From Candidatus Staskawiczbacteria bacterium (GTDB lineage: Bacteria > Patescibacteriota > Minisyncoccia > Minisyncoccales > Staskawiczbacteraceae), in assembly GCA_963778905.1 (NCBI GenBank), contig CAVZWH010000028.1, positions 1 to 47,782 of the forward strand: DNA of 47,782 bases, written 5' to 3'. The translations under genes and the position numbers were made by a program. A model generated the notes under the pieces. That model had not been told where the DNA came from. It searched no databases and saw nothing but the letters and a program-made list of their open reading frames with translations. Numbering within the stretch: position 1 is the first letter of the stretch; each line of letters begins with the position of its first letter. Below, in pieces: positions 10,160 to 20,668 of the stretch.

Positions 10160-11236
10160 ATGAAAGATATTAATTTTCCAATATTCAAAACAAAAAGCGA
10201 CGTGTACAAAAAATTTGATTTGTCGGATGCGAAAAGCCGCCAGGAGTATTTTGAATATAAATGCGGCCCGGAAATTAAAAAATTAAGGGAATATCTGCAG
10301 AATAATACATTTGTAGCTTATTTAATGGGTAAAAAATCTTCCGGCAAGGGAACTTACGCAAAAATGCTGGCCGAAATTATTGATAAAGATAAAATCGCGC
10401 ATTTTTCAATTGGAGATATGATAAGATCTTTTGACGAAGTTATAAAAGATGAAGAAAAAAGAAAAGAAATTGTTGCATTTCTGGAAAAAAATTACAGAGG
10501 ATTTTTACCATTGGAAGAAATAATGAAATCATGGGACGCAAGATCCACAAAGACGCTTTTACCTTCGGAATTAATTTTGGCTTTGGCAAAAAGAGAAATT
10601 GCAAAATTGGACAGAAAGGCAATTTTTATTGATGGATTTCCCAGGGATTTAGACCAAATTTCATATGCGTTATTTTTTAGGGATTTGATAAATTACAGAG
10701 ACGACCCGGATGTTTTTATTTTAATTGATGTGCCGACTTCTGTAATTGATGAAAGAGTAAAATTTAGAGTAATTTGTCCGTTGTGCCAGACATCCAGAAA
10801 CTTAAAACTTTTGACAACAAAAAATGTTGAGTATGATGAAAAGACGGGCAAATTTTATTTAATTTGCGACAATTCAAGCTGCAAGGGCGCCAGAATGGTA
10901 ACGAAAGAAGGAGACGAGTTGGGGATTGAGCCAATTAAAGAAAGATTGGAAAAAGACGAAATGCTTATAAAAGAAGCTTTTAATTTGCAGGGAATTCCCA
11001 AAGTGCTTTTAAGAAATTCTATACCGGTAGAAAAAGTTAAAGAATTTACAGATGATTATGAAATTACTCCGGAATATGTTTACAGCTGGGACGAAAAAAA
11101 TCAAAAGGTTATAACTTCTGAAAAACCATGGGAAATTAAAGACGATGAGGGAGTTTTATCAAACAGCTTAATGCCGCCTCCAGTTGTAGTATCTTTAATA
11201 AAACAATTAGTAAAAGTTTTAGGACTTGACCTATAA
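10160..11236 (+). CDS. Adenylate-kinase-like NMP kinase with long extensions
   Basis: P-loop GKKSSGKGT, SIGDMIR, IDGFPR and a Cys-containing LID (CPLC...CDNSSC). Confidence 0.8.
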   Translation: MKDINFPIFKTKSDVYKKFDLSDAKSRQEYFEYKCGPEIKKLREYLQNNTFVAYLMGKKSSGKGTYAKMLAEIIDKDKIAHFSIGDMIRSFDEVIKDEEKRKEIVAFLEKNYRGFLPLEEIMKSWDARSTKTLLPSELILALAKREIAKLDRKAIFIDGFPRDLDQISYALFFRDLINYRDDPDVFILIDVPTSVIDERVKFRVICPLCQTSRNLKLLTTKNVEYDEKTGKFYLICDNSSCKGARMVTKEGDELGIEPIKERLEKDEMLIKEAFNLQGIPKVLLRNSIPVEKVKEFTDDYEITPEYVYSWDEKNQKVITSEKPWEIKDDEGVLSNSLMPPPVVVSLIKQLVKVLGLDL

Positions 11237-11257
11237 TTTTAATAAGATAAAATTAAG

Positions 11258-11376
11258 GTAGCCCTAGCAAATTTCTAGTACAAACTCTTTTTACTTGGGA
11301 GTCCAAATTCGTTCTGGCCGTGGTCATAACGTGAGGACACCCACATAGATTTCATCTGGAAAATCTCTAGGGCAAT
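11258..11376 (+). ncRNA. Candidate 6S RNA-like ncRNA
   Basis: Own promoter TTGACC(11226)-16-TAAAAT(11248); rod-shaped fold (GCCCTAG/CTAGGGC, TTTCTAG/CTGGAAA, central bubble, apical stems); terminator follows. Confidence 0.6.
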
Positions 11377-11408
11377 AAAAAAGCAGCTGCGAGGGCAGCG
11401 CTTTTTTA
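11377..11408. terminator. Bidirectional terminator between the ncRNA and tRNA-Pro
   Basis: AAAAAAGC-A-GCTGC-GAGG-GCAGC-GCTTTTTT. Confidence 0.75.
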
Positions 11409-11419
11409 TTTTTGCCTTG

Positions 11420-11490
11420 TCGGGCTGCTGGGAGTTGCACCCAGGTCTTACGCACCCCATGCGCAAATACTGCTGCTGTACTACAGCCCG
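11420..11490 (-). tRNA. tRNA-Pro(GGG), CCA not encoded
   Basis: Cloverleaf: CGGGCTG/CAGCCCG acceptor, TGCGC-ATGGGGT-GCGTA anticodon arm, CTGGG-TGCAACT-CCCAG T arm. Confidence 0.9.
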
Positions 11491-11495
11491 CAATA

Positions 11496-11684
11496 TTAAA
11501 CTCTTGCCATTCTTTTTATGCATTTTGCGCAAGCCAAAACTCGTTTGCCGGAAGGCAACTTAACCCATTGAAGATTTGGATATTTTCTTACTCTTGAAGT
11601 TGGGTTATATTTTCCTCTTAATTTTACAAGAGTAACACTCATTGCGGAATGTTTTTTGCAAATTGAACAAATTTTTTCTGCCAT
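11496..11684 (-). CDS. rpmB: 50S ribosomal protein L28
   Basis: CSICKK...RKYPNLQW...ACAKCIK. Confidence 0.85.
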   Translation of the reverse strand: MAEKICSICKKHSAMSVTLVKLRGKYNPTSRVRKYPNLQWVKLPSGKRVLACAKCIKRMARV

Positions 11685-11761
11685 AGAAATATAATTAAAA
11701 TATATAAAATTATATTATCATGTTCTTTATTTTTTTTCAAGATGTGTTAATATAATAGAAT

Positions 11762-12400
11762 ATGATTTCAACAGTAGCTATAACAATTTTCTCTTTGGTT
11801 GTTTTGCTTTTTTCGGTGATAATCCACGAACTGGCCCACGGCTACGTTGCTTATTCTTTGGGAGATCCGACGGCAAAATACGAGGGAAGATTAACTTTGA
11901 ATCCATTAAAACATTTGGATCCTTTTGGCTCAATTATTTTGCCTTTGCTTTTATTTATTGCCGGAAGTCCGTTTTTGTTTGGTTGGGCAAAACCAGTGCC
12001 GGTTAATCCTTACAATTTTACAGATAAAAAATACGGGGAAATAAAAGTTTCTATTGCCGGTCCTGCTTCAAATTTGGCATTAGCGGTTTTTTTCGGATTA
12101 ATATTGAGATTTATTCCCAACTCAATAATTTTAAGCAACCAGGGAATAGCAATTGCGTTAAGCTATATTGTTGCAATAAATATTTGGCTGGCGCTTTTTA
12201 ATCTTATACCCATTCCGCCGCTTGACGGATCTTGGATTTTATTCAGTTTTTTTCCGGCTGGCTGGCAAAAAACTAAAATTTTTCTGAAACAATATGGAAT
12301 TGTCATACTTGTGCTTTTAATTCTTTTTGCGGGTTCTCTGTGGTTTTCTATAACCAGCATTTTATTTCAATTAATTACCGGCCGCATGTTGACACTATAA
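11762..12400 (+). CDS. Site-2 protease, M50 family
   Basis: HELAH, AGP and FNLIPIPPLDG motifs. Confidence 0.93.
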   Translation: MISTVAITIFSLVVLLFSVIIHELAHGYVAYSLGDPTAKYEGRLTLNPLKHLDPFGSIILPLLLFIAGSPFLFGWAKPVPVNPYNFTDKKYGEIKVSIAGPASNLALAVFFGLILRFIPNSIILSNQGIAIALSYIVAINIWLALFNLIPIPPLDGSWILFSFFPAGWQKTKIFLKQYGIVILVLLILFAGSLWFSITSILFQLITGRMLTL

Positions 12401-12458
12401 ATTTATTTTGCTAATATAATTTTATTGAGCGCATTAGCGCTTTTTTACGAATTAAAAA

Positions 12459-12872
12459 ATGCCTACAATACATCAATTAATTAAAAAACCAAGAAAAAAT
12501 AAAAAGAGAGGCAAAAAAACTGTTGCTCTCCAGTTTGGTTTTAATGTTTTGACAAACAGACCGTCGCATTATTCTTCACCATTTAAGAGAGGAGTTTGCG
12601 TGAAAGTTTTCACACAAACGCCAAAAAAACCAAACTCAGCTTTAAGAAAAGTTGCCAGAGTAAAATTGTCTAATGGAATGGAAGTTACAGCATATATTCC
12701 CGGAGAAGGACACAATTTGCAAGAGCACTCGGTTGTTATGATTAGAGGTGGAAGAGTGAAAGATTTACCAGGAGTAAGGTATCATATTGTCAGGGGAGTT
12801 TTGGACACAGCCGGAGTTGAAAACAGAAAACAAGAAAGAAGCAAATACGGAACTAAAAAAGCAAAAGCATAG
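12459..12872 (+). CDS. rpsL: 30S ribosomal protein S12
   Basis: [28 protein letters not shown]. Confidence 0.99.
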   Translation: MPTIHQLIKKPRKNKKRGKKTVALQFGFNVLTNRPSHYSSPFKRGVCVKVFTQTPKKPNSALRKVARVKLSNGMEVTAYIPGEGHNLQEHSVVMIRGGRVKDLPGVRYHIVRGVLDTAGVENRKQERSKYGTKKAKA

Positions 12873-12876
12873 ATTT

Positions 12877-12947
12877 TCGCTCGGATATTTGCCATCGATC
12901 AGCAAGGCAAACAAGGGAAATGCTGATCTCAATTAAATATCCTCGCT
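12877..12947. other. Intergenic hairpin element E1 (TCGCTC-stem...stem-TCGCT)
   Basis: GGATATTT/AAATATCC and GATCAGCA/TGCTGATC stems, each flanked by TC on both sides. Confidence 0.7.
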
Positions 12948-12967
12948 TACAAAAATAAAATTCATTT

Positions 12968-13432
12968 ATGAGAAGAGCATATAAAAAACACAAAGTAGCG
13001 CCGGATAGAATTTACAATGACGTGGAAGTTGGCAAATTTGTAAACAAAGTAATGTCTGATGGCAAAAAATCAACTGCACAAAAAATTGTGTATTCAGCTT
13101 TTGATTTAATAAAAGAACAAACAAAAAAAGAACCTCTGGAAGTTTTTAAGTTGGCAATTGAAAATGCTTCGCCGGTTTTGGAAGTAAAGCCAAAAAGAAT
13201 TGGAGGAGCAACTTATCAGGTTCCAATGGAAGTAAGGGGAGAAAGGAGATTGGCTTTGGCATTTCGCTGGATTATTGACGGAGCAAGAGCAAAAAAAGGA
13301 AAACCAATGGCAGAAAAATTGGCGCAGGAATTAATTGATGCTACAAATAACCAGGGAAACGCAATAAAAAAGAAAAACGACATGCACAGAATGGCAGAGG
13401 CCAACAAAGCTTTTGCTCACTTCGCAAGATAA
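12968..13432 (+). CDS. rpsG: 30S ribosomal protein S7
   Basis: [22 protein letters not shown]. Confidence 0.99.
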   Translation: MRRAYKKHKVAPDRIYNDVEVGKFVNKVMSDGKKSTAQKIVYSAFDLIKEQTKKEPLEVFKLAIENASPVLEVKPKRIGGATYQVPMEVRGERRLALAFRWIIDGARAKKGKPMAEKLAQELIDATNNQGNAIKKKNDMHRMAEANKAFAHFAR

Positions 13433-13435
13433 TTT

Positions 13436-15511
13436 ATGGCCCGTCAACATCCATTAGAAACTTTAAGAAACATTGGAATTATTGCTCACATTGATGCAGG
13501 AAAAACTACTTTTTCCGAGCGTCTTTTGTTTTATACCGGAGTTTCGCACAAAATTGGAGAAGTGCACGAAGGCGACACGGTTATGGACTGGATGGTTCAG
13601 GAAAGAGAAAGAGGAATTACAATTACTTCGGCGGCTACAACAATGTATTGGAGAAATCATCAGATAAATTTGATTGACACTCCAGGCCATATTGATTTTA
13701 CTGCTGAAGTTCAGAGATCTTTGAGGGTTTTGGACGGAGCTGTTGTTGTTTTTGACGGCGTTGCCGGAGTTGAGCCTCAATCAGAAACAGTTTGGAGGCA
13801 GGCAGATAAATATAATGTGCCGAGAGTTTGTTTTATAAATAAATTAGACAGAATGGGAGCCAGTTTTGAAAAAAGTTTTCAGTCAATTTTGAATAAATTA
13901 ACTCCAAATGCAGTGGCGGTTTCGTTTCCGATGGGATTGGAAGAAAAATTAGCTGGAGTAATTGATTTAATGAAAATGAAAGCTCTTTATTTTGAGGGAG
14001 AAAAGGGAATTGAAGTTATTGAAAAGGAAATTCCTGAAGAATGGAAAGCGGAAGCTGAAACCTGGCACAAAAAAATGATTGAAAAAATTGCCGGAGAAGA
14101 CAACACTTTAACAGAAAAGTTTTTGGAAGGGAAAGAAATAACTACCGAAGAAATTAAAAAAGTTTTAAGAAAATCAGTTTTGGAATATAAATTGGTTCCT
14201 GTTTTTTGCGGCAGCGCCTTAAAAAACAAGGGAGTTCAGCCAATTTTGGACGCGGTTGTTGAATTATTGCCTTCGCCTTTGGATGTGCCTCCGCAAAAGG
14301 GAACTGATCCAAAAACAGGAGCTATAATAGAAAAGAAAGCATCGGACGACGAGCCATTTGCAGCTTTGGTTTTCAAAATTGCAACAGATCCTTATGTTGG
14401 AACTTTAACTTATTTTAGAGTTTATTCTGGAGTTTTGCAAAAAGGTTCTTATGTTTTGAACGCAAACACTGGCGAGCAGGAAAGAATTGCCAGAATTTTA
14501 AGAATGCATGCAGACGAAAGACAAGAGTTGGATGTTATTTATGCAGGAGAAATTGGAGCTACGGTTGGGTTAAAAGCCACCAGCACGGGAAATACATTGT
14601 GCGACAAATCAGCTCCGGTTATTTTGGAAAAAATTGTGTTTCCCGAGCCGGTTATTGGAATTAGAGTTGAACCAAAAACAAAAGCAGACCAGGAAAAACT
14701 TATTATGTCTATCAGAAAACTTACCGAAGAGGATCCAACTTTCAGAATTAAAGAAGACATTGAAACCGGAGAAACAATTATTTCCGGAATGGGAGAATTA
14801 CACTTGGATATTATTGCCGACAGGTTGAAAAGAGAATTTCACGTTGAAGCAAATTACGGCAGACCTCAGGTAGCTTACAAAGAAACAATTACAACTGAGG
14901 CCAGTGGCGAAGAAAAATATATCAGGCAGTCTGGCGGAAAAGGACAATACGGACACGTTTTACTTCGCGTAAAACCAAAAGAAAGAGGAGCCGGATTTGA
15001 ATTTGTTGACGAAATTAAAGGAGGAGTGATTCCAAAAGAATTTATTAAGCCGGTTGAAAAGGGAGTTGTGGAGGCAATGGATAAGGGAGTTGTTGCCGGA
15101 TACCCGATGGTTGATGTTGAAGTTACGTTGTATGACGGAAGTTATCACGAAGTTGATTCTTCTGAATTTGCTTTCAAAATTGCAGGATCAATGGCTTTCC
15201 AAAAAGCTGCAAAAGCAGCAAAGCCGGTTATTTTAGAGCCGGTTATGAAAATGGAAGTTGTAACTCCGGAAGATTTTTTTGGACAAGTAATTTCCGATTT
15301 GAGTTCAAGAAGAGGAAAAATTGAACAAACTTCAGAAAGAGTTGGAATGAAAGTAATAGACGCATTGGTTCCGTTGTCAGAAACATTTGGATATGCAACG
15401 TCAATTCGTTCTTTAACCGAAGGCAGAGCCAGTTTTACAATGGAATTTGACAGATATGACCAGGTGCCAACAAATGTTGCACAGGAAATTATTGACGGCA
15501 AGAGGAAATAA
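13436..15511 (+). CDS. fusA: Elongation factor G
   Basis: [25 protein letters not shown]. Confidence 0.99.
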   Translation: MARQHPLETLRNIGIIAHIDAGKTTFSERLLFYTGVSHKIGEVHEGDTVMDWMVQERERGITITSAATTMYWRNHQINLIDTPGHIDFTAEVQRSLRVLDGAVVVFDGVAGVEPQSETVWRQADKYNVPRVCFINKLDRMGASFEKSFQSILNKLTPNAVAVSFPMGLEEKLAGVIDLMKMKALYFEGEKGIEVIEKEIPEEWKAEAETWHKKMIEKIAGEDNTLTEKFLEGKEITTEEIKKVLRKSVLEYKLVPVFCGSALKNKGVQPILDAVVELLPSPLDVPPQKGTDPKTGAIIEKKASDDEPFAALVFKIATDPYVGTLTYFRVYSGVLQKGSYVLNANTGEQERIARILRMHADERQELDVIYAGEIGATVGLKATSTGNTLCDKSAPVILEKIVFPEPVIGIRVEPKTKADQEKLIMSIRKLTEEDPTFRIKEDIETGETIISGMGELHLDIIADRLKREFHVEANYGRPQVAYKETITTEASGEEKYIRQSGGKGQYGHVLLRVKPKERGAGFEFVDEIKGGVIPKEFIKPVEKGVVEAMDKGVVAGYPMVDVEVTLYDGSYHEVDSSEFAFKIAGSMAFQKAAKAAKPVILEPVMKMEVVTPEDFFGQVISDLSSRRGKIEQTSERVGMKVIDALVPLSETFGYATSIRSLTEGRASFTMEFDRYDQVPTNVAQEIIDGKRK

Positions 15512-15584
15512 GCTTGACTATTGTAAAATAATATAATAATATAAATAGTATTAAATAAAAATATTAAATAATTAAAATAAAATT

Positions 15585-16778
15585 ATGGCAGAAAAATTTG
15601 AGAGGTCAAAACCTCACGTAAACGTTGGTACAATTGGTCACGTTGACCATGGAAAAACCACATTGTCAGCCGCAATTATGAAAGTTTCAAAATTACGCGG
15701 TTTTAAGTCGTCTGACAAAAATGTGGATCAGATTGACGCTTCTCCTGAGGAAAAAGCCAGAGGAGTGACCATTTCAATTACTCACTTGGAATTTGAGACA
15801 GCAAAAAGGCACTATGCTTTAATTGATTGCCCAGGCCACGCTGACTATATCAAAAACATGATTACGGGAGCTGCCCAAATGGACGGAGGAATTTTGTTGG
15901 TTTCTGCTCCGGACGGTCCAATGCCTCAGACAAAAGAACATATTTTACTTGCCAGACAAGTCGGATTGCCATCGTTGGTTGTGTTTATGAATAAATGCGA
16001 TATGGTTGACGACCCAGAAATTTTGGATTTGGTTGAATCAGAAGTAAGAGAATTGTTGAAAAAAAATAAATATCCTGGAGACGAAATTCCTATTATAAGA
16101 GGTTCGGCTCTAAAAGCACTGGAAGCTACATCAGTTGACGATGCAAGCGTAAAACCAATTATTGAATTATTGGACGCAGTTGACAATTATATTCCAGAGC
16201 CAAAAAGAGAATTAGACAAGCCATTTGCTATGGCAATTGAAGATGTTTTTTCAATTGAAGGAAGAGGAACAGTGGCAACAGGAAGAATTGAAAGAGGAAT
16301 TGTAAAACCAAACGATGAAGTTGAAATAATTGGTATCAGGCCAACGCAAAAAACAGTTGTTGTGTCAGTTGAAATGTTTCAAAAATCTTTGGATCAGGGA
16401 CAGGCCGGCGACAATGTTGGAATTTTGTTGAGAGGTTTGAAAAAAGAAGATATTGAAAGGGGCCAGGTAATTTGCAAGCCAGGTTCAATTACTCCTCACA
16501 CAGAATTTGAGGGAGAAGTTTATGTTTTGGCAAAAGACGAAGGCGGAAGACACACGCCATTTTTTACAGGATACAAACCCCAGCTTTACATCAGAACATC
16601 TGATATTACCGGCGACGTAACTTTGCCAGAAGGAACAGAAATGGTTATGCCAGGAGACACAGCCAGCTTAAAGATTAAATTAATTGTTCCAGTTGCTTTG
16701 GAAGAAAAAGGAAATTTTGCCATCAGAGAAGGCGGTAAAACAGTTGGAGCTGGAGTTGTAACAAAGATTATCAAATAA
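15585..16778 (+). CDS. tuf: Elongation factor Tu
   Basis: [21 protein letters not shown]. Confidence 0.99.
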   Translation: MAEKFERSKPHVNVGTIGHVDHGKTTLSAAIMKVSKLRGFKSSDKNVDQIDASPEEKARGVTISITHLEFETAKRHYALIDCPGHADYIKNMITGAAQMDGGILLVSAPDGPMPQTKEHILLARQVGLPSLVVFMNKCDMVDDPEILDLVESEVRELLKKNKYPGDEIPIIRGSALKALEATSVDDASVKPIIELLDAVDNYIPEPKRELDKPFAMAIEDVFSIEGRGTVATGRIERGIVKPNDEVEIIGIRPTQKTVVVSVEMFQKSLDQGQAGDNVGILLRGLKKEDIERGQVICKPGSITPHTEFEGEVYVLAKDEGGRHTPFFTGYKPQLYIRTSDITGDVTLPEGTEMVMPGDTASLKIKLIVPVALEEKGNFAIREGGKTVGAGVVTKIIK

Positions 16779-16781
16779 AAA

Positions 16782-17168
16782 ATGCCTGTTGCAAAAAAAA
16801 CTACAATAAAAAAGAGGGCTGTAAAAAAAGACGATTCAAAGGGTAACCCAAAAGCTCCAGAAGTCGGTTTGAAGCTTAGAATAAAACTTAAAGCATACGA
16901 CCATAAAATAATTGACAATTCTGCACGCCAGATAATTGATATCGCAAACAGGTACGGAGCTGAAGTTTTGGGTCCTGTGCCTTTGCCAACAGAAATCTTA
17001 AAATATACTGTAAACAGGTCAAGTTTCATACACAAAAATGCCAGAGAGCAGTTTGAGATGAGAGTCCATAAAAGAGTAATTGACATTTTGAATCCAAACC
17101 AGGAAATTATAGAAGCGTTAAGAGATTTGAATTTGCCGTCAGGCGTTGACATTACGATAAAAATATAA
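16782..17168 (+). CDS. rpsJ: 30S ribosomal protein S10 with N-terminal extension
   Basis: [24 protein letters not shown]. Confidence 0.98.
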   Translation: MPVAKKTTIKKRAVKKDDSKGNPKAPEVGLKLRIKLKAYDHKIIDNSARQIIDIANRYGAEVLGPVPLPTEILKYTVNRSSFIHKNAREQFEMRVHKRVIDILNPNQEIIEALRDLNLPSGVDITIKI

Positions 17169-17287
17169 TACAATAGTTAATTATGCGATTGTTAACTTTT
17201 TTATGAATACTTTTTGATAAAAGTTCATAGAATAACAACATTGCCGGAATTCCGGGCAATTGCCCGGTTTTTCATTAAGAAACAATT

Positions 17288-17881
17288 ATGAAGTTTATTT
17301 TAGGAAAAAAAATAGGAATGTCTCAAATGTTTGATAAAAATGGCAAGCTAACGCCGGTCACTTTAATTTTGGCCGGACCTTGCTACATTTTACAAAAAAA
17401 GAATAAAGAAAAAGACGGATACGAAGCTTTGCAGGTTGGTTTCAAAAAGATAGAAAAGAAAAACAAAATCGGCAAATCAATGAAAGGAAAAGAGTACAAA
17501 AATATAAAAGAGTATCGAGGAGTAGACGAAAATTTGAAAATTGGAGACGAAATAAATGCGTCTACTTTTGTGGAAGGAGAAATTGTAAAAGTTTCCGGAA
17601 TGTCAAAAGGAAAAGGATTTCAGGGCGGAGTAAAAAGGCATGGCTTTCATGGAAGACGAGCTACTCACGGCGTAAAGCATGAGCACAGAACAATTGGTTC
17701 TACCGGTTCAAGATTCCCCCAGCACGTTATAAAAGGAAGAAAAATGCCAGGCAGAATGGGATATGAAAGAGTTTCTGTAAAAAATTTGAAAATAATGAAA
17801 GTTGATAAAGACAATAATTTATTAGTATTAAAAGGAGCTGTTCCCGGAAGAACCGGAGCTTTACTTGAAATCAAAGGATAA
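17288..17881 (+). CDS. rplC: 50S ribosomal protein L3
   Basis: GKKIGMSQ, SKGKGFQG, KMPGRMG. Confidence 0.98.
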   Translation: MKFILGKKIGMSQMFDKNGKLTPVTLILAGPCYILQKKNKEKDGYEALQVGFKKIEKKNKIGKSMKGKEYKNIKEYRGVDENLKIGDEINASTFVEGEIVKVSGMSKGKGFQGGVKRHGFHGRRATHGVKHEHRTIGSTGSRFPQHVIKGRKMPGRMGYERVSVKNLKIMKVDKDNNLLVLKGAVPGRTGALLEIKG

Positions 17882-17882
17882 G

Positions 17883-18512
17883 ATGAAATTTGATTTGTAC
17901 AATCAAAATGGAGAAGTTTCAGGAAGCGTTACTTTGCCCAAAGAAATTTTTGAGGTTGAATTCAATGCTGATTTGGTGCACCAGATTGCAGTTTCTTTAA
18001 TGGCCAACAAGCGCCAAATTTCAGCTCACGCAAAAATTAGATCAGAAGTAAGAGGCGGAGGCAAGAAACCATGGAGACAAAAGGGAACTGGACGCGCCAG
18101 GCATGGCTCAATCCGCTCTCCATTATGGAAAGGCGGAGGAGTTACTCATGGCCCAAGAAACGACAGAATTTTTGCAGTAGAAATTCCAAAGAAAATGAGA
18201 AGAAAAGCACTGCTTATGGTTTTGTCTGAAAAAGCAAAAAGTAAAAATTTAATTGTTTTAGATAAAATTGAATTGGAGAAAGGAAAAACAAAAGAAATGG
18301 CAATTTCCCTTTCAAAATTACCATGCAAAAACACCACAACTTTGATTGCCATGCCAGATTACGACAAAAAAGTATTTTTAGCAGCCAGAAATATTAAAAA
18401 AACATCAATTGAAGACGCAAGAAACTTAAATGTTTTGGAATTACTAAATCATAAATATTTATTACTGACAAAAGAAAGCATTAAAACAATTGAAAAAACA
18501 TTCGTTAAGTAA
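17883..18512 (+). CDS. rplD: 50S ribosomal protein L4
   Basis: KPWRQKGTGRARHGS; start set at MKFDL. Confidence 0.98.
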   Translation: MKFDLYNQNGEVSGSVTLPKEIFEVEFNADLVHQIAVSLMANKRQISAHAKIRSEVRGGGKKPWRQKGTGRARHGSIRSPLWKGGGVTHGPRNDRIFAVEIPKKMRRKALLMVLSEKAKSKNLIVLDKIELEKGKTKEMAISLSKLPCKNTTTLIAMPDYDKKVFLAARNIKKTSIEDARNLNVLELLNHKYLLLTKESIKTIEKTFVK

Positions 18513-18517
18513 ATAAT

Positions 18518-18949
18518 ATGGCTTTATTAGATTTCTTAAAAAAGAAAAAGGAAGCAGAGAAAGCAAAAAATGACCCAAAGGGTACTCCGAAAAAACCGGT
18601 TAAGACTTCAGTTGCAAAACCAAAAAAAGAAGAAAAAAAACCAGAGCCGGTAAAAACAAAAGCAAAGAATGTAAAATTTTCATACGAGGCGATAAAACAG
18701 CCGCATATATCTGAAAAAGCAAGCGATTTGTCTGAAAAAGATCAATATATATTTGAAGTTTCGCCAAATTACAATAAAAATGAGATAAAAAAAGCAGTTG
18801 AAGGAATTTATGGAGTGGATGTTTTGTCGGTAAATGTAATAAAGATTCCTTCTAAAAAAAGAAGATTGGGAAAAACAGAAGGTTTTAGGAAGGCTTATAA
18901 AAAAGCAGTTGTAAAAATTAAAAACGGCCAAAAAATTGAAATACTTTAA
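18518..18949 (+). CDS. rplW: 50S ribosomal protein L23 with long N-terminal extension
   Basis: PHISEKA, NKNEIKKAVE, YKKAVV. Confidence 0.96.
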   Translation: MALLDFLKKKKEAEKAKNDPKGTPKKPVKTSVAKPKKEEKKPEPVKTKAKNVKFSYEAIKQPHISEKASDLSEKDQYIFEVSPNYNKNEIKKAVEGIYGVDVLSVNVIKIPSKKRRLGKTEGFRKAYKKAVVKIKNGQKIEIL

Positions 18950-18980
18950 TAGAAATTTTAACTGAATTTATATAATTACG

Positions 18981-19023
18981 TCGCTCGGTCGAAATGAAAA
19001 TAAATTTTCATTTCTTCCTCGCT
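18981..19023. other. Intergenic hairpin element E2
   Basis: TCGCTC-GG-TC-GAAATGAAAAT/ATTTTCATTTC-TT-CC-TCGCT. Confidence 0.7.
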
Positions 19024-19030
19024 AGAAATT

Positions 19031-19858
19031 ATGAAAATATATAAACCAACAACGCCATCAAGAAGGGGAATGACTGGAATAGATTTTTCTCAGCTTACAA
19101 AAAAAGGGCCGGAGAAAAGCCTTGTAAAATACGTGAGAAGAAATGTTGGAAGATCGGCATCCACAGGGCAAATAACAGTAAGACATAAAGGCGGCGGAGT
19201 AAAAAGATTTTATAGAGTCATTGAATTTTCTCAGACAAAAATGGATTTACCGGCAAAAGTAATTGCTTTAGAATATGATCCAAACAGAACAGCTTTTATT
19301 GCTTTAATAGAATATAAAAACAAAGAAAAACAATATATTATAGCTCCGCAAAATTTGAAAGTTGGCCAGGAAATTATTTTTTCAGATTTGGCTCCGTTAA
19401 CTCCGGGAAACAGAATAAAATTAAAAAACGTGCCGGTTGGGACAGCAGTTTATAACGTTGAGCTGGAAGCTGGAAAAGGAGGCAAAATTGTAAGGTCAGC
19501 TGGAAGTTCGGCTCAGGTATTGGCTCATGACGGAGACCATATAAACTTAAAAATGCCGTCTACAGAAATTAGAAGATTTAGCGGCGAATGTTTTGCCTCA
19601 ATTGGAATGGTTTCAAATCCGGAAAACAGATTTTATACATTGGGAAAAGCTGGAAAATCAAGATTGAAAGGCAGAAGGCCGCACGTGAGAGGTTCTGCAA
19701 TGAATCCGGTTGATCATCCGCACGGCGGAGGCGAGGGCAGACAGCCAATTGGTTTGAAACATCCAAAAACTCCTTGGGGCAAGACGGCTTTGGGAGTAAA
19801 AACAAGAAACAGAAAAAAATGGTCAAACAAATTAATCATTAGTAGACGTAAAAAATAG
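19031..19858 (+). CDS. rplB: 50S ribosomal protein L2
   Basis: [23 protein letters not shown]. Confidence 0.99.
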   Translation: MKIYKPTTPSRRGMTGIDFSQLTKKGPEKSLVKYVRRNVGRSASTGQITVRHKGGGVKRFYRVIEFSQTKMDLPAKVIALEYDPNRTAFIALIEYKNKEKQYIIAPQNLKVGQEIIFSDLAPLTPGNRIKLKNVPVGTAVYNVELEAGKGGKIVRSAGSSAQVLAHDGDHINLKMPSTEIRRFSGECFASIGMVSNPENRFYTLGKAGKSRLKGRRPHVRGSAMNPVDHPHGGGEGRQPIGLKHPKTPWGKTALGVKTRNRKKWSNKLIISRRKK

Positions 19859-19860
19859 AC

Positions 19861-20208
19861 ATGGCAAGAAGCTTAAAAAAAGGTCCATATATTGACGAAA
19901 AATTGCTCGCAAAGGTTTTGAATTTGAGAAAAGACGAAAAAAAGATTATCAAAACATGGGCAAGACATTCTACAATTTCTCCGGAAATGTTAGGCCACAC
20001 ATTTGGCGTACACAACGGAAAAGAATTTGTGCCGGTTTATGTTTCAGAAGATATGGTAGGTCATAAATTGGGAGAATTTGCAGCAACAACAAAATTTGTA
20101 AGACACGGAGGCAGAATGCAAAGAGAAATAGAAGCAGGAGCTGAACAAAAAGAAGCTGCAAAAGTTGAACAGGCGGCGGCACCGGCTAAAAAACCAGCCG
20201 CAAAATAA
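19861..20208 (+). CDS. rpsS: 30S ribosomal protein S19
   Basis: [16 protein letters not shown]. Confidence 0.98.
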   Translation: MARSLKKGPYIDEKLLAKVLNLRKDEKKIIKTWARHSTISPEMLGHTFGVHNGKEFVPVYVSEDMVGHKLGEFAATTKFVRHGGRMQREIEAGAEQKEAAKVEQAAAPAKKPAAK

Positions 20209-20220
20209 TACAGAAATTTT

Positions 20221-20667
20221 ATGGAAATTAAAGCTAAATTAAGTAATTTAAGAACAGCGCCAAGGAAAGTCAGGCAGGTAGTTGATTTGGTGAGAGGAAA
20301 AAGAGTGCCAGAGGCGCAGTCTATACTTTTATTTACAGTGAATAAATCAGCAAGAAATATTTCAAAACTTTTGAATTCAGCTTTGGCTTCCGCAAAACAC
20401 AATCACCAATTAAACGAAGAAAATTTATTTATTTCAAAAATTACCGTTGACGAAGGGCCAAAACTAAAAAGATGGCATCCGATGTCAAGAGGCAGAGCAT
20501 ATCCTATTATAAAAAGAACATCGCACATTGCATTGATATTAAGCGAAATAAATCCGACTGTTAAAGAGGTAAAAGAAGAAAAAATAAAAAAATCAGTAGT
20601 AAAAAATATCAAAAAGCCATTGAAAAAAGAAGTTAAACCAAAAAGAAAAATAACAAAGAAACAATAA
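20221..20667 (+). CDS. rplV: 50S ribosomal protein L22
   Basis: APRKVRQV, VDEGP, RGRA, KRTSHI. Confidence 0.98.
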   Translation: MEIKAKLSNLRTAPRKVRQVVDLVRGKRVPEAQSILLFTVNKSARNISKLLNSALASAKHNHQLNEENLFISKITVDEGPKLKRWHPMSRGRAYPIIKRTSHIALILSEINPTVKEVKEEKIKKSVVKNIKKPLKKEVKPKRKITKKQ

Positions 20668-20668
20668 C

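Noticed and set aside
11275-11597. ORFs 11275-11532 (-) and 11412-11597 (+)
   Set aside because: They overlap the tRNA-Pro gene, the terminator and the ncRNA candidate; spurious
14295-14320. KGTDPKTG in EF-G as another DPKG-type element
   Set aside because: The DNA (GATCCAAAAACAGG) lacks the GGGT arm, and this is a normally variable EF-G loop
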